Below the pieces are notes generated by a model that did not search any database, was not told where the DNA came from, and saw only the letters and a program-made list of their open reading frames with translations. A stretch of DNA of 64,000 bases from Euglena gracilis (lineage: Eukaryota): NCBI GenBank assembly GCA_039621445.1, contig CP154954.1:30818395-30882394 (forward strand), written 5' to 3'. The number at the start of each line of letters is the position of its first letter. Position 1 is the stretch's first letter. The position numbers and the translations under genes were made by a program. This document shows, in pieces, positions 24,201 through 37,330 of this stretch.

Positions 24201-27200
24201 TCCAGGCTGAGGAGGTGGGCCGCGTCGTGCAGCTCGACCACCACCAGCGTGTCCACGTCCACCGTGGCCGCCGACCCTTCCGCCAGCACTGCGACGCGGG
24301 CGGGAGCGGGAACGGGTCAGCAATGTCCCTCACCCAAGCCCGGTTGGAACACCTCTGTGTGCCTCTCTGGGACACAATCTGGGGTCTGGAGGCGTGAGGC
24401 GGGGAGTGAGGCCGGGCATTGAAGCAAAAACAATGACGTTCTGCACGTCTTGGGTCTCTCAGAATTATGATGAAATATACCGATTGTTTTGACCCCCACT
24501 GACCCAGAAATACAAAAAGGCGACTATTTCACATTTTGTGGTCAAAATTCGAAAATGAGGACCCTCAAATTTCATCTTCAAAAAATCATTTTTGGTGAGA
24601 AACAGCGAAATTTTCGAGAAACATTTGTCAGGTGACAGGTCAGCGAGTACGTAGGTTGGTGACAGGCCCCCTAGTGTCAAATCCCTCAGGTCAATGAGGA
24701 CAGGGCTTAGATGACAGTTTCCCGAGGATTATAGTTTCCTGGGGGTAGGTAGGTATGAAATGGTTTAACATCAAGGCATTAGGGCCTAACCCCTTCCAAA
24801 TAAAATCACCCTGCACCGACTGGCAAAATATCCAAAATAAGACCCCCAATAGAACCCCCCCGTGACGGCGGAAATTGCTGGAGACGGTGAAAGAATCCCC
24901 TGAAAAATTACCAAAAAAGACCCAATTTCAGCTGCAAAAAAATGATGGAATTTGAAAATTGGGGTTTTGAAATCAAAAAAAATTACAAAAAATATCAACC
25001 GGTCATATTTTTGGGTCCGTTGCTGGAAACTTCCAGGGGAGTCTAATTTTGGGGGGAGATCTTATTTTTGATTTTTTTTTGAAAAACACTGAAAAATTCC
25101 TTTGGCTCTTCGCGCCGGGGACCAAAATCATCGAAAATGTGAAAAAAGCGAAAAAAGTTGCCAATTGTGCAAAAAAAAATCACCAAAACTTTGAACCCCC
25201 AATTCCGCCCATTTTAAACCTTTTTCGCCCCTCAAAATCCGGAATCTGTTACCATCCAGCAGCCCTTTGGGAGATTGCAAAATAAATAAAATTCGGGGGA
25301 GAGGGGGATCAAATTTGAAGATCAAATCTGATCCAGGATGAAGGGGACGCCGTAAACTCCTTGGCCCAAAAGAAAATGCTCCATTTCACCAAAAATTTGC
25401 AAAAAAAGGGCAACAGTTCAAGGGGCAGAGAGGGGGGGGGAATAATGGGGGCAAAGCAAAAAAAATAATACGAGTTCGCTGGCACACACCGCAGCGCAGG
25501 GAATCGTCCACCAGCAAGACTGCCCACTCATCACCACCGCCGTCGGCGTCTCCTACACTGCACTTCACGAAGCTGTCCACCTCGAACTGCCTGTTGAGAA
25601 AGAATGGACAATTTGCAATTATTTGCAATTGCAAATTGTGTATGAATCACGCATTGACGCTGTGTGAATTAAAATGTGTGTGTCTGAAAACAATGAAAGA
25701 AATTGAAGATAGCTTCGCAACACACGCTTGTGAAACCACCAGATTTAATTGGCCACCAATTGACCATATTGAGGTTTAATTTGTTCCAATTTTTCAATAT
25801 TTTGGTGACATATAATTTTTATTACTCTTTGCTGTTCCAGTAAAGGTCAAACTTTTCTCACATGTCATCATCGTCGTAATTTTTTTTGTAAACCCATGCT
25901 GCAGTGTGAGGCAACTGTTGATTCATTCACCGTTGGGTGCCGCGTCCAAAACGTGCGTGCGGCGGCATCGGCATGGCTGCCGCGGGGCCACACCGGTCCT
26001 CCACGGAGCCAGCCGCCCTCGTGGCCTGGAACCAGTGGCAGCCCCGGCCCTGCACGTCGGCCAGCAGGAGGGCGTGGACGGCGGCGGACCGGGCGTACCA
26101 CGCCATGTGGAACGCGCTGTCCAGCAGCCCGTCCCGGGAGGGCGGTGGCTGGACTGGGGAAATGGGCCGGGGGGGGGATGAGTGCGGCAGTCCCCAGGGG
26201 TATGGAATGGTGGCACGCAAGGCAAACGAGAATCTCGCTTCCACCAGCCATAATGAGGCGATGAGTGAGAAGGTGGACACCCCAAACGTACCATGCAGGG
26301 AAAATTAAAAGATTGGCAAAAGGATGGAAAAAATCCTTTTCTGGGGTGAAATTAAAAAAATCACAGGCAAATCACATATGAAATATTTTTTTTTAAAAAA
26401 AAATCCCAGCGAAGTCGAAACTAACAAGACTAAGAGTCATTGCAAAACGTGTGCAGGAAGACCATAAACGTATGGGCGTGCCTTGACAAACTGCAAGAGC
26501 TGGACCAAGAACTGCTGCGACCAAGATTGACGAACACTCCGGAGACCATCGCAAAAGCAAATGCTCAGAAAATGTGCCATTTGTGCCGGGGGGGGGTCCA
26601 CCGCCGCCCTGCCGGCCAACAGCTGCGCCAGGGCAGCCAGCCGAGCCCGGGGCCCGGCGTCCGCCAGCACCACCAGCTCGTACCGGCGCCGGGGCGTCCC
26701 CCCGCGCTGGAGCCGGTACGGTGGGGCAGGGCCGGGGCTTGGGCCGGCGACTCAGACGCCCCCGTCAACACCTGGTGTGCTGGGGGGGGATAATAGAATA
26801 AATTATAATTGAATTCAAAAATTAAACAAACAATAATATAAACAAATTATAATATAAATATAAACAATACAAATACAAACATAAACATAAAATAATAATA
26901 TAAACATAAATATAAATATAACATAACATAAATAACACAAACATATAAACATAAACATAAACAATAATACAAATATAAACAATAATATAAATGATGTAAC
27001 ATACATATATATATATATGTATATATATGTATACGACATGAATTAGCATATAATATAATGTATGATAATATAATAGATGATGCATCAATATGGAAAATAG
27101 ACCTAATTATTTGCCGGGGGCTAAGGTGCGCGAAGGGTTGGGCCGGAAGCCGGTCGTTTCTGTTGCAGTTCCCCAGGGATGCTCACGCAAGGGTTTTGAT

Positions 27201-30200
27201 TTGTGGCTCCCGTCTGACACTTGGAGACGCACGCATCGTGGGAAGCAGGGTTCCCACAGAGAGCAGAGCCAGGCTTCTTCTTCTTCTTACCAACCCCCGG
27301 GGGTGCCTTGTGCTTTGGGGTGCCTGCCCCAGGCCGTTTTTTGTATCAACCCCCAGGGGGGGGATCCGGAGTGCCTGTGAGTGCCTGCCCAGGCAGGCAC
27401 CCCCCCCCCCCCCCCGGGGGGGTCGGATTTCGGCCTGTGCCCAGGCGCATTCCTGTGAAAATACGCCATTTTTGGCTCCTTCGGCGCCGGGGTCTGTGCC
27501 AGGGCACTTTTGGCCGTGTGCCCTACCCCCCCACCCCGGGGGTACCCCCCGGGGGGGGGGTCAGATTGGGAGTGCCTTGGAGTGCCTGTCCAGGCAGGCC
27601 CCCCCTCCCCCCCTGGGGTGGGGTCGGCACCCGACTAAAATACAGCCCTGGTGCCTGCCCATAGCAGGCGCCCCTCCAGGGGGGTGCGACTTTCCTTAAA
27701 CAGAAGCCTGGGCAGAGCCCCTCGCTCGATAAACCTGAAGCGCACTTCCAAACCAGGCAAACCAGGGAAAATTGCATGCAGGTGTTGGTGAAAATGGGAG
27801 ACCCCCCCAGCAGCCACCCGACGTGGCGAGGCGAAGATCCCAAGGCATGGCGACTTGGAGCATTGTCATCCTGCTGTGCGAAATTGGACAATGGCAAGCG
27901 GACAGAAAAGAAACCACGACGCCGTATCTGCTTGGGAGAGGCAACTGGGGAAGCCACACATATAAAACCCCTTTCAACCCGAACACTTCACACTGTGCCA
28001 AAAAAAGTCAAAAAATCTGACCCCACACTGATGCAGCCAATTATGTTCCGCATTGAGTGTTTTGAACTTATGCCCCTTTGGCAGGATGATTATGGGAGGT
28101 GCCTTCCACAGCCGATTTCTTAACCGAGGTGTAACGATGGGGATGGATCGTAAGCCCCGGCCACTCCTTGGGAGGGCCCCGGACGTGGGGCGGTGGGGGC
28201 TCCAGTGGACCCCGCGGGCTCGCGCCCCCAGAGTTGGTCCACACAGCGCTCCTCTCCTTCTGGCCAGGGGATGACTTTAGGGCCCCCGGGGGGGGGGTCC
28301 AGCCTCCGGCTGGCAAAAAGGCTGCTGGCTGGACCCCCCGGGGTATAGGGGGGGGGGGAGGGGGGCTGGAGGGGGCTGGGCTGGGTCGACGAAAAACAAA
28401 AAAAATTTAAATCATTTTGTCTTTTGACATTTTGGTGGATGGAGCTAGATGAAGGCTGGGGGCTGTGATGGAGGAGGCTATGATCAGGCACCTATGGTCA
28501 CTTCCCATTTTGGTGCTCTGGTCGGCCCTGGTCGGCCCTGGTCGGCCCTGGTTGGCAAATAGTCGGCCATAGGTGGGGGTATCCTGCACAGAAAAAATGT
28601 GAGGGATGGAATGATTTTCTGAATTGTCTCGCCAAGATCAAAAGGAAGTGCCCCATAAGGCCTCCATTTGCACCCCAAAAGCAACCAAAAAGACCTAAAA
28701 TGGCTTGAAATAACCAAAAATTACCCAAAAACGCCAACAAAATCCACAAAAGATTGTGAAAAATGACCCAAAATTACCAAAAGGGCACAAAATGGCAAAA
28801 AAAATGCTCAGATTGACCCAAATTAGCCCAATATTTGCCAAATCAGTGACAAATAGCCCCCAAATTAGCAAAAACTGGTCCATAATGGCCAAAATGGGTG
28901 TAAAACTGGAGATTTGTGGGAAAATTATCCAAAAATGGGTTTATTTCTTCAAAATATACAAAAAAAAGCATCGCCCAGCAACACCCTGCATCGCCCAGCA
29001 TCGCCCAGCATCGGAACCCCACCTCTGGTCTCCAAAAATCCAGCATCACCCAGCATCGCCCAGCATCGCCCTGCATCGCCCAGCATCATCAGAGGTGCTT
29101 GTTCCAGAGGGAAAGCTGCCGAATTCCTTCATCCATTCCCCTTCGGTCGGCCAACCACATGCAAGTCGGCCCTGGTCGGCCCTGGTCGGCCCTGGTCGGA
29201 CCCCCCCCCTACGGGGGGGGGGGGGGGTCCTGAAAATCATAGTCGACCCTGGTCGGCCCTGGTCGGCCGTAGGTGCCTGGCTATGATGAGGGAAAAAAAT
29301 GCAGGGATGGGTGAGCTGGGCAGCTCAGTTGGCTGGCCCGGCCTTCGGCCGGCTGGCCCGACCTCCGGCCGGGCTGGACCCGACTTTATTTCACTCGACC
29401 CCCCCGGGGGATCCCAGCCCGAATTTGGGCTGCTGGCTGGATTTGAGCTGCTGGCTGGCTGGACCCCCCTGGGGGTAGGGTACCCTCCGGCTTAAGAAAT
29501 CCCCTGCTTCTGGCACCTCCCGTCCGCCGGTTCACTGTTGGCATTGGTGCCGCTGGCGGTTGGTTTCCGTTTGTTTGCGGCGGTCGGGCCAGTTTCACAG
29601 TCGACTGCGAAATAGGCATTGCCGAACCGGACGACATTCGGGGACCTCTCAGGAGTGGGCCACCGGAGGCCATGGGCAAGGGAGGCTGCGCGGAGGAGGC
29701 CTGTGGTTGTGGCTGAGAGGCCGTTGAGCGGCGGCCACATTGCTGGAGGTGGTGGCAGCCCTTCCCCGAAACGAGGCCCTCCACAGCGCTCAAGGTGTCA
29801 AAATCCACAGGAAGCAGGGGTTTTCTTAAGGACGCCCGGGGGGGGGGTGCTGCAGGGAGGCTGGAAAAAGGTGCTGGCTGGACACCCCCCCCCCCCATGG
29901 TTGGACCCGGGGTGGGGGGTCCAGGGGGGGGGTTTGGCCGGTTGGGAGCTGGCCCCGGCGGATACCCCAAAAATGCCCAAAGGAGGTGAAGACCCAAAAA
30001 CCATCCCAAAATGTCATTTTTGGCCATTCTTTACATCCCTTTTCAAAAAAGTTTCGGTTTGCACGAAACTTGTTTTTCGGTCCAGCCCGGCTTTGCCGGG
30101 CTGGCCCGACCTTTATTTCAGTGGACCCCCCCGGGGGGGAGGGGGTCCGCAAGCGTGGCTGGGAGGCTGGCTGGCTGGAACCCCCCGGCCGGCTTAAGAA

Positions 30201-33200
30201 AACCCCGATGGGAACTGTGCCCTTCCACCACAGACTACAGCGGATATTGAGGCACCTCAAGGATTTCTTGGAGGACCCATTCTCCTCAAATTGGGGAAAT
30301 ATCATTGGCATGCATCACCGCTGCACTGTATTTAGAGACTGCCATCCATTCAAAGCCGCTGAATGCACCACAAAGCATCGGGCATTGACATCTGCACACT
30401 GATAACTCGTCAGCCGATGTGGGGAAGGGCTGCGCAGCGGTGGGCGGCTTCGTCGTCTCATCGTCCGTTGGCTGACAGCAGACGCTTCAGGTCAACCCAG
30501 CTCAGGCATACTTACACCGGCGGCTGACGTCAAACTTGGTGACATTGAACCATTTGTGCACACGTTTGGGAGGCAATGGCAACCCGCTCGCTTATCTGCT
30601 CTCGACCCGTACAAATGTGCGGGGCGGAGACCTTCCACTTTTAATGAACGGGCGAGGCTCGCTGAAATGGCAGGGGTCCCCCGGCCACATGGCTGTGGCC
30701 TGGGGAAACGGGTTGGCCGCAGGAGGAGCTGTTTGGGTGTGCCTGGTCCGTTGCCGTGGGGCCAACCTGGACCTCGTCCTGGAAGCGCAGGCGGCGCTGG
30801 GGACCCGCCCCACCCCCCTGCCGCGCGGAGGCCGCCCGCTGGAGGCAGCCGCGGCTGCTGCGAAGGAGGACCTGCAGTGCCACCGGAGGGGGACCGCATT
30901 GACACGGCCCATGGAGTGTGTGGCAGCGGGTACCACGGACACGCGGGGGACGTGCACCACACCAACACGAAGCCTGGCGGGAAAAAGTGGCAGAGGGCTT
31001 TTTGGGACTGCCACGGACATGGGAGGCTCATTCAGGACGCAAAGGAAACATTTTGGGTTCCCTCCAGTAGGAAGAGCAACGCAAACACGAGGCGGGAGTT
31101 GGGTGGAGTCCGCCATGCAGGGCACGGTACTGGACAATGGATGAGTTTTTGGGCCCGGAAATCGATTCTCATAACACCCAGAAAATGACCCGCCCCCAAA
31201 CCTAAACACCCTGAGAGTATTGATCAATGATATTCGCCCAAATATGAAACCCGGGCAGGTTGAAGTTTGAGGGAGGGGGTAGGAAGCAGATGGACAATGA
31301 ACAGAATACACGGATGGGATGGACACATACGGGGATTCAGGTGGGGAGAAGATGGAAAATATTATTAATCAACCTTATTAGAAACACCCACGTGGCCTGC
31401 TGCAAGCACATCTAGATGATACTATTTTCTTTACCGACCCCTGGGGGGTCACTCCACTCTTCGAAAAACCAGTCGGTCACTTTTTTTTTGGAAAACCAGT
31501 CAGTCACTACCCTGGGCTGGGGGGGGGGTTGGTCACTCTGGAACCTGAAGGAAACTTGACCAAAAAATATGAAAAAAAAGGCCAAAGAAATTTATCTGCG
31601 CCTTCGGAGCCGGGTCGCTTTAGTGGTTTTTTGCCGACCCCCCCCCCCCGCGGGAGGAAGGCCGGGCCAAAAACCGGTCACCCACCCCCCTGGGGGGGGG
31701 TCGGCCAGTGACTAAGTGATTGTATGATCTAGATATGATCTAGATACTGGCAAAGGCCTCCCCTGTCCTATGGGCAGGCAGCCGCCGGCTGGTCGGTTGT
31801 GCACAGTGATCTCCAGCGGCCCCACCCGGAGGGGGAAGGGCGGGTGGAGCGCCTCGAACCGCCGATGCAGCAGCACGCCCGTCCAATCCGGCCTCGGCGG
31901 GGCATCTGCCAAGAGGGGAGGGACAGGGGAGGCTGGGGACCACTGCCGGCGGCTGTGGGACTCGGCTGCACTCGACTGCGTCCGTGACGGGGGAGGGGGG
32001 GCCGGGGGAGGGGGCATACCGCTCACCATCCGCCTCAAGGATGCCGCCCCCGCCGGCTGGGGAGGACGGAGGGGCGCAGTGGGGCGGACTAGCCAGGGTT
32101 TCCATCGGGGCCCATTCTTTATGGGCATTTTGGAAACCTCCAGAAACCTTGCCTTTTCTGGCCAAAATGCCTTGAAAACCCTGAAAGCGCCTTAAAAGCC
32201 AGAAGAAATCATTCTGGCAATTTCTCTGACTGACGGAAAAATTGGCCAAAACTGGCGGACTCCAGGAAGAGACTTTGGAGCACGGTGACGTCTTTCTGAA
32301 CATTGTGTCTATCCACCCTGAACTCGGAGAAGATGTGTTCTTCGACGCTTTGATTTCCAACCCCGGTCGCCGCCTGGAATGCTCTTCGACTGCCCTTAAA
32401 AAAGTACAACGAATAAGAAACAAACGGAAATAATAGGATCTTTCATGAACTGTGCAAAAAAATGCCTCAAAACTCAATTATAATGACTTCCGCCCAAAAA
32501 AATGGGCCTGGTTTCTATCGGCTGCAGTCAAAATGCCACTGCTGGCGACCCAGACTGAGTGGCCCGCCACTCCCCCCCCCTAGATGGAAACCTTAATGCA
32601 GACTGCTGCCGGCAGGGGTATTCTTGAGGACCCCGGAAGGGGTGGGTCCCACAGGGAGGCTGGAAAAAAGGTGCTGGCTGGAAAAAAAGGTGGTGGCCAC
32701 TCCCCCCCCCCCCCAATGGCTGGACCTGGGGTGGGGGGTCCGGGGGTGGGGGGGGGGGAGGGTCCGGCTGGCTGGCAGCTGGACCCAGCTGGAACCCGAA
32801 AACAGGCAAAAAAAAGCCCAAATCCAGCTGGGTTGGCATTTTCAGCCAAAATTGGGAGGTGAAAGCCCAAAACCACCCCCAAAATGCCATTTTTGGTCAT
32901 TTTGACCCCCCCCTTTCAAAAAAAATGGCCTGGCCCCACCGGCCCCCACCAGAAATTTATATCAGCGGACCCTGTGGGGGGGGGGGGGGTTCGCAGCCCG
33001 TTGGCTGGGAAAAATGCTGGTTGGCTGGACCTCCTCTGTGTCCCCTCCAGCTTAAGAAAATCCCGGGCTGCCGGACTGGATTTTATTGCAGTGTTCTCAG
33101 ACGGATGAGATGGGGGTGGGGGGAGTGGCCAAGGGTCCCCGGCTGGAACTGGGCCTGACTGGGGGTCGAACCGGGTGACAAAAATCGAAACTGCAAAATG

Positions 33201-35783
33201 CTTTTTTTCAAAAAAAACTGTCAAAAATTATAATTATACCGACCCATTATCGTCCATTCTGGAAGGAACGCCCTGTGTGGGACACACACCTGGGGCATGG
33301 CGACAGCCGCGGCGACGGAAATGGTCACAAAACAGTTGCAGTGGGTGACACTGGGGCCATTGGGGTCTGAGGAGGTCACCGCAGGAGAATTGTTGCCCCG
33401 GATTGGGGATGCTCGTATTTTGCACCGCATCCAGCATGTGCACCGCGTGCACCGTGTCCACTGCACCGTGCACACCGCGTGGCATTGCGTGACAAAAATT
33501 AGGTACAGACCTTTTTTTTTTTTTCGAAATCCAGTAGCCAAAAAATCAATTGTCAACTTTTGAACTTTTCTTAACCAATTCAACGATGGTTGGCTCTTCT
33601 TGAAACATTCAGCGGGGTGTTCTTTTGGTCATCTCCAGCCTTTTTTGGCCACTTCAGCATTTTGGCCAAATGGAACAGACCCGCTGGATCGAAAATGCCA
33701 AGACCCATCAATTTAATACTGGATTCAACAAAATTGCATCTTCACTGATGCCCAAAATCTTCAAGAAAATAAAGATCCATGAGATTGAAGGTAACCCCCC
33801 CCAAGGATAAGACCCGGGCCTAATTTTCGAGTCCGTTGCTGAAAATATCCAGAGGGTCTTACTTTTTAGGGGGAGGTCTTATTTTTGGATTATTTCTTGA
33901 CCGACGCGGGCTTCTGGGGTCCTTTTGGAAACTCAAATTCTGTTTGCGGTGATTCACGCCGAAAATAGTGGAAAGCCCTTCGAGGGGCACCTCCTCAGCC
34001 TGAACCCATCCTGGGGAGGTCCATGCCATGCACCTAACCCCTGAGCCATGAGGACCATGCACCTAACCCCTACACCCAACCTACACTCAAGGTCAATAAC
34101 CTTAAAAAAAATCTCTGGATGAAGGTTGGCATGGCCAAAAGGGGGGAGCCCAACATTCGCCCCCTCCCCCCTCCTGAGTGTCGTCTGCCCTGACCTGCCG
34201 AGGAAGGCGTTTAATTTTGCCCCAGGGCAAGGAGATGTTCAGTGGGAAGGAACCCGCCAAACCAAACGGACCTTATCTTGGATTCAATGGCTATCCAGAG
34301 CCTCGACACCAGAATGTCTGGACGCAGTGCACTTGGTCGTCATGGCATGGGGAAAATCATTAAATTAAATCATTGGATAAATAATGGTGTAAAGAAAAAA
34401 GAATTTAAAGAAACAAATCAGAAACAAGCAATTGAGAACAAATGAGGCGGACAAAAAATCCAAAGGTGCAGATCGGCTGGCATTGACTGAATGGTTTATG
34501 AGGGGGGAGGCGGGCTATTCAGAATCACCCAGACATCGGACATGGTCAAATACAAATAACTAGAAAGATATGGTCGGATGGGATCACAGAAGGAAATCCT
34601 GCTCTCCTGACCAACTCCACATTCAGAGGGCATCCCGGAGGTCAGGGTGCTATAAATAGACCAGGGGGGCACAGGCATGAATGCGAAGGTCAGACAATAC
34701 AAGGGGACTTTAGGGCAGAAAAGCTGTTGATGCTCAGGTGCCAGGGAAGAGACCACACAAAGAAAACAAGCAGTGCGCATCATCAGACGGAGGGAACGGG
34801 ACTCAGGTTAGGCAGAAATAATCCGACACCCCCCATTTTGCAGCAACAACCCCGAATGCGAGTGACCACCTGCGAGTGACACCGAGCGGGGGTTGACAGC
34901 GCCGGGGGCAGGGTTTTTTTTTTAAGACCGGGGGGGGGAGGGGGGGAGGGGGTCCGCACCCACCCACCCAACCCCTGGGGTGGGGCCCCCCCGGGGGACC
35001 CACCCACTTCTTGCCCGAAAATGGCCAAAATGCTAAAAATAGCACCTTTTCAAAATTTTCGGCGCCTTTGGTGCCGAAAAAGATATACCCACCAGCCCCC
35101 CCCCCCGGGGGGGCCAAGAGACCCCCCCCCCCCCCCCCAGGGGAGGGGGTCCAAGACTAAAAAAAACCCCTGGCCCGGGGCACAACACAAAGGGGACGCC
35201 CGGCCAGCCCCAGCGAGGGTGGCGAGGCGGGGCCAATATGGCAGAGGGCGGGCGTGGCGGCGGGGGTTCACTTCGCAACAGCAGGATTCACGGCGGGCTC
35301 CGCGGGCCCAGAGATGGGGCTGGCGGGGAGGGTGTGGGCCGCGGGCAGGGGGGAGAGGAGTGGCTTTGGGCAATCCATCCCCCCAAGCCGACTTCCGCGA
35401 AGAGGTCGACAGGCTGTGAAAATGACAGGCCGCACCCCACGGCGGGGGAGTGCTTCTGCGATGGCGGCGGTTTGCCTCAGAGATGGAGGGGGTGTTCTTC
35501 TGAGACCGGCGATGCGCAGAAAATGCATACGGCACTGGTGGCCGATGGCGCCGTACGCTGTTTGGGGGAGGCCCCAACGCCACAGTTTGCCACGGACGAA
35601 CGCAGAGGGAAGCCCCACAGACCCCTTGGGTGTGGCGCAGAGACGCTCTCCCCCCTGGCCGGGGGCCCGGAGGTGGGGCTGGTCGGGCGGTCCGACAGCC
35701 ACCGCACGAAGTCGCCGAGCTTCGAGCCCTCCCGGCCGTTGGTGGGGCTGAGCGGGTACGTGCTGAGGTGCGACAGCGGCACC
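18250..35783 (-). CDS. Scattered exons of a large protein of unknown function, probably continuous with the AAA_28 exons
   Basis: GC3-rich open segments: VPLSHLSTYP…DFVRWLSDRP (35690-35783), TGVLLHRRFEAL… (31800-31910), ALQVLLRSSRG…RLRFQDEVQ (30760-30885), RYELVVLADAG (26600-26700), RDGLLDSAFHMAWY (26010-26140), QFEVDSFVKCSVG (25500-25591), VLAEGSAATVDVD (24190-24290), RLIFVSPDDDAAV (21545-21605), EVEAKRAAEESAAS (18255-18420). Exact gene structure is not resolved. Confidence 0.5.
19177..19912. mobile_element. MITE with CAGGGG… TIRs, 7-bp TSD and AAAAATGCGC subterminal repeats (copy 1)
   Basis: CAG(G)nAAATGCGC … GCGCATT(C)nTG, flanked by caagagg on both sides. Shares its internal sequence with 62892-63629. 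Confidence 0.85.
23378..23840. repeat. MITE-like dispersed repeat with CCCCCCCAAATATAAAGCC subterminal arrays (relatives at ~219-640, ~33790-33890 and 58048-58516)
   Basis: Same motif family (variant CCCCCCAAAAATAAGACC), with an inverted copy at the distal end of the element. Confidence 0.65.
26795..27075. repeat. AT-rich low-complexity tract (ATAAAC-like and AT repeats)
   Basis: Seen directly in the sequence. Confidence 0.9.
27270..27710. mobile_element. hAT-type MITE, 8-bp TSD (7/8 match); candidate intron
   Basis: CAGGCTTCT … AGAAGCCTG; flanks agcagagc / ggcagagc. Confidence 0.8.
28265..29506. mobile_element. hAT-type MITE with a perfect 8-bp TSD, containing a nested MITE; candidate intron
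   Basis: CAGGGGAT … ATCCCCTG; TSD cttctggc at 28257-28264 and 29507-29514. Confidence 0.88.
28485..29279. mobile_element. Nested hAT-type MITE with GGTCGGCCCT and GCATCGCCCA decamer repeats
   Basis: TIR CAGGCACCTA / TAGGTGCCTG; perfect TSD gctatgat. Confidence 0.9.
29815..30207. mobile_element. hAT-type MITE with a decayed TSD; candidate intron 29810-30210
   Basis: CAGGGGTTTTCTTAAG / CTTAAGAAAACCCCG; flanks acaggaag / atgggaac. Confidence 0.75.
32613..33066. mobile_element. hAT-type MITE, perfect 8-bp TSD
   Basis: CAGGGGTATTCTTGAG … CTTAAGAAAATCCCGG; TSD gctgccgg. Internal sequence is similar to 29815-30207. Confidence 0.85.
34909..35172. mobile_element. hAT-type MITE, 8-bp TSD (7/8 match)
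   Basis: CAGGGTTTTTT … AAAAAACCCCTG; flanks gccggggg / gcccgggg. Confidence 0.8.
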
Positions 35784-35838
35784 TGTGGGAGAGCGATGGG
35801 GGGTGCTGGCAGGGCTGCACGGGGGTCGGAGTCCCCCA

Positions 35839-36096
35839 CAGGCTTCTTTTCCTTTTAAACCTCTGGGGGTCCCCCACCCACCCAGGCCGGCCCCCTCCCC
35901 CTCCCAGGACCCCCTCCCCCCCGGGGCAAGACCCCCCCCAGAAATCGGGCCATCTGAAGGCATTTCCCCAAAAAATTTTTGCCCTCTGCGCCAAAACCCA
36001 TACCCTGGCCTCTGGCCCAGGACTCCCCTCCCCACAGGGGGTCCGGCCCACCCTCCCGGGGGGGGGGGGGTCTTTTGACTAAACAAAATAATCCTG
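35839..36096. mobile_element. hAT-type MITE whose right flank was hit by a second insertion
   Basis: CAGGCTTCTTTT … AATAATCCTG; internal motifs are shared with 12596-12885. Confidence 0.6.
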
Positions 36097-36101
36097 CCCC
36101 C

Positions 36102-37330
36102 CAGGGCGGTCCTTAAGCAAAAAAAAAAGTCCCGTCCCCATACACTTCAACCAAAAAAATAAGGAAAAGGGGATTTTGGCCAGGGAAAATCTTTTTAAAT
36201 TGTTTTTGAAAAATGAACCCGAAATACACGGTTTTTTGATGGAAAATCACATTTTTTCCCAAAAAAATCACCAAAATTTTAGGGTTGAAAATTGTTAGTT
36301 TTTAGGAGGGGGGTCAAAAAAAATGCAGGTCAAAAAAATGGGACCAAATTTTGGAACATTCAAATTTTACTGACATTTTTTCCCTTGGAAATTTTTGGAT
36401 TTTCAGTGGCATTTTTTTGCTTCCAAAATCCCTCAAAATCAAAATTTTGAGAAATGTTGAAATTTTAGAAGTTGTGAAAAATGGGGTTTGGGGGGGGGGG
36501 TTATTTTCACCAATTTCGGGAAAACGGGGGATTTGGGCTGAAAAAAAAATAAAAATTTTGAAAAATGAACTCAAAATACTGGGGGGGGGGAGGAAATTGG
36601 GGCTAGATAAAATTAGAACCGACAAAATTGGAAGCCGAAAAAATTTGTGATTTTTTGATGGAAAACCACATTTTTTTTCACAAAAAATCTCAAAGATTTC
36701 AAGGTTAAATTTGGTAGTTTTAGGAGGGGGTGGAAAATAACGAAAGTCAAAAAAAGTGGACCAAATTTTGGAACAGTCAAATTTTACTGACATTTTTTTT
36801 CCTTGGAAATTTTTTGGATTTTCAGTGGCATTTTTTTGCTTCAAAAACCTCTCAAAATCAAAATTTTGAGAAAATGTTGATTTTTTTGGAAGGTGTGAAA
36901 AATGGGGTTTTGAGGGAGGTTTCCTTGCGAAATGGCCATTTATTGAGGAAAAAGTTCTAGATTCATTTTTTTGGTCATCAAAAAGTGACGTTTTTTTGTT
37001 GTGTTTTTTTTTTGAAACAAAAAAGCATGTTCTTTTTTTTTAAAAAAGTTTTTTTTAAAAAACAACCTTTTTTTTAAAAAAAACCTTGTTTTTAAAAAAA
37101 AGAACACGTTTTTTGTGTTTCAAAAAAAAAACAAGCAGTCAACCTTGGCAAGCACCTACATTTTTGCTATGGGTGCCTGCATATGGGTCCCAAAATGGGG
37201 TAAAAAAACATCCGGTGCCGAAAGCATCGGAAAATTTTTTTCGGGTTCAAAACTGCCCTGGGGGGGGGGCGTGGTCCTTAAGAGGCGGTCCTAAACTAAA
37301 AAAAAATCCCGTCCCTTATGGACCGCCCTG
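36102..37330. mobile_element. hAT-type non-autonomous element, perfect 8-bp TSD
   Basis: TIR CAGGGCGGTCCTTAAG / CTTATGGACCGCCCTG; TSD ctgccccc. Internal ~200-bp duplication, also present inverted at ~1720-1900. Confidence 0.88.

Noticed and set aside
31860-31885. TGVLLH as the helicase motif Ib continuation
   Set aside because: It sits within a longer open segment and is not followed by a DExH motif; probably coincidence.
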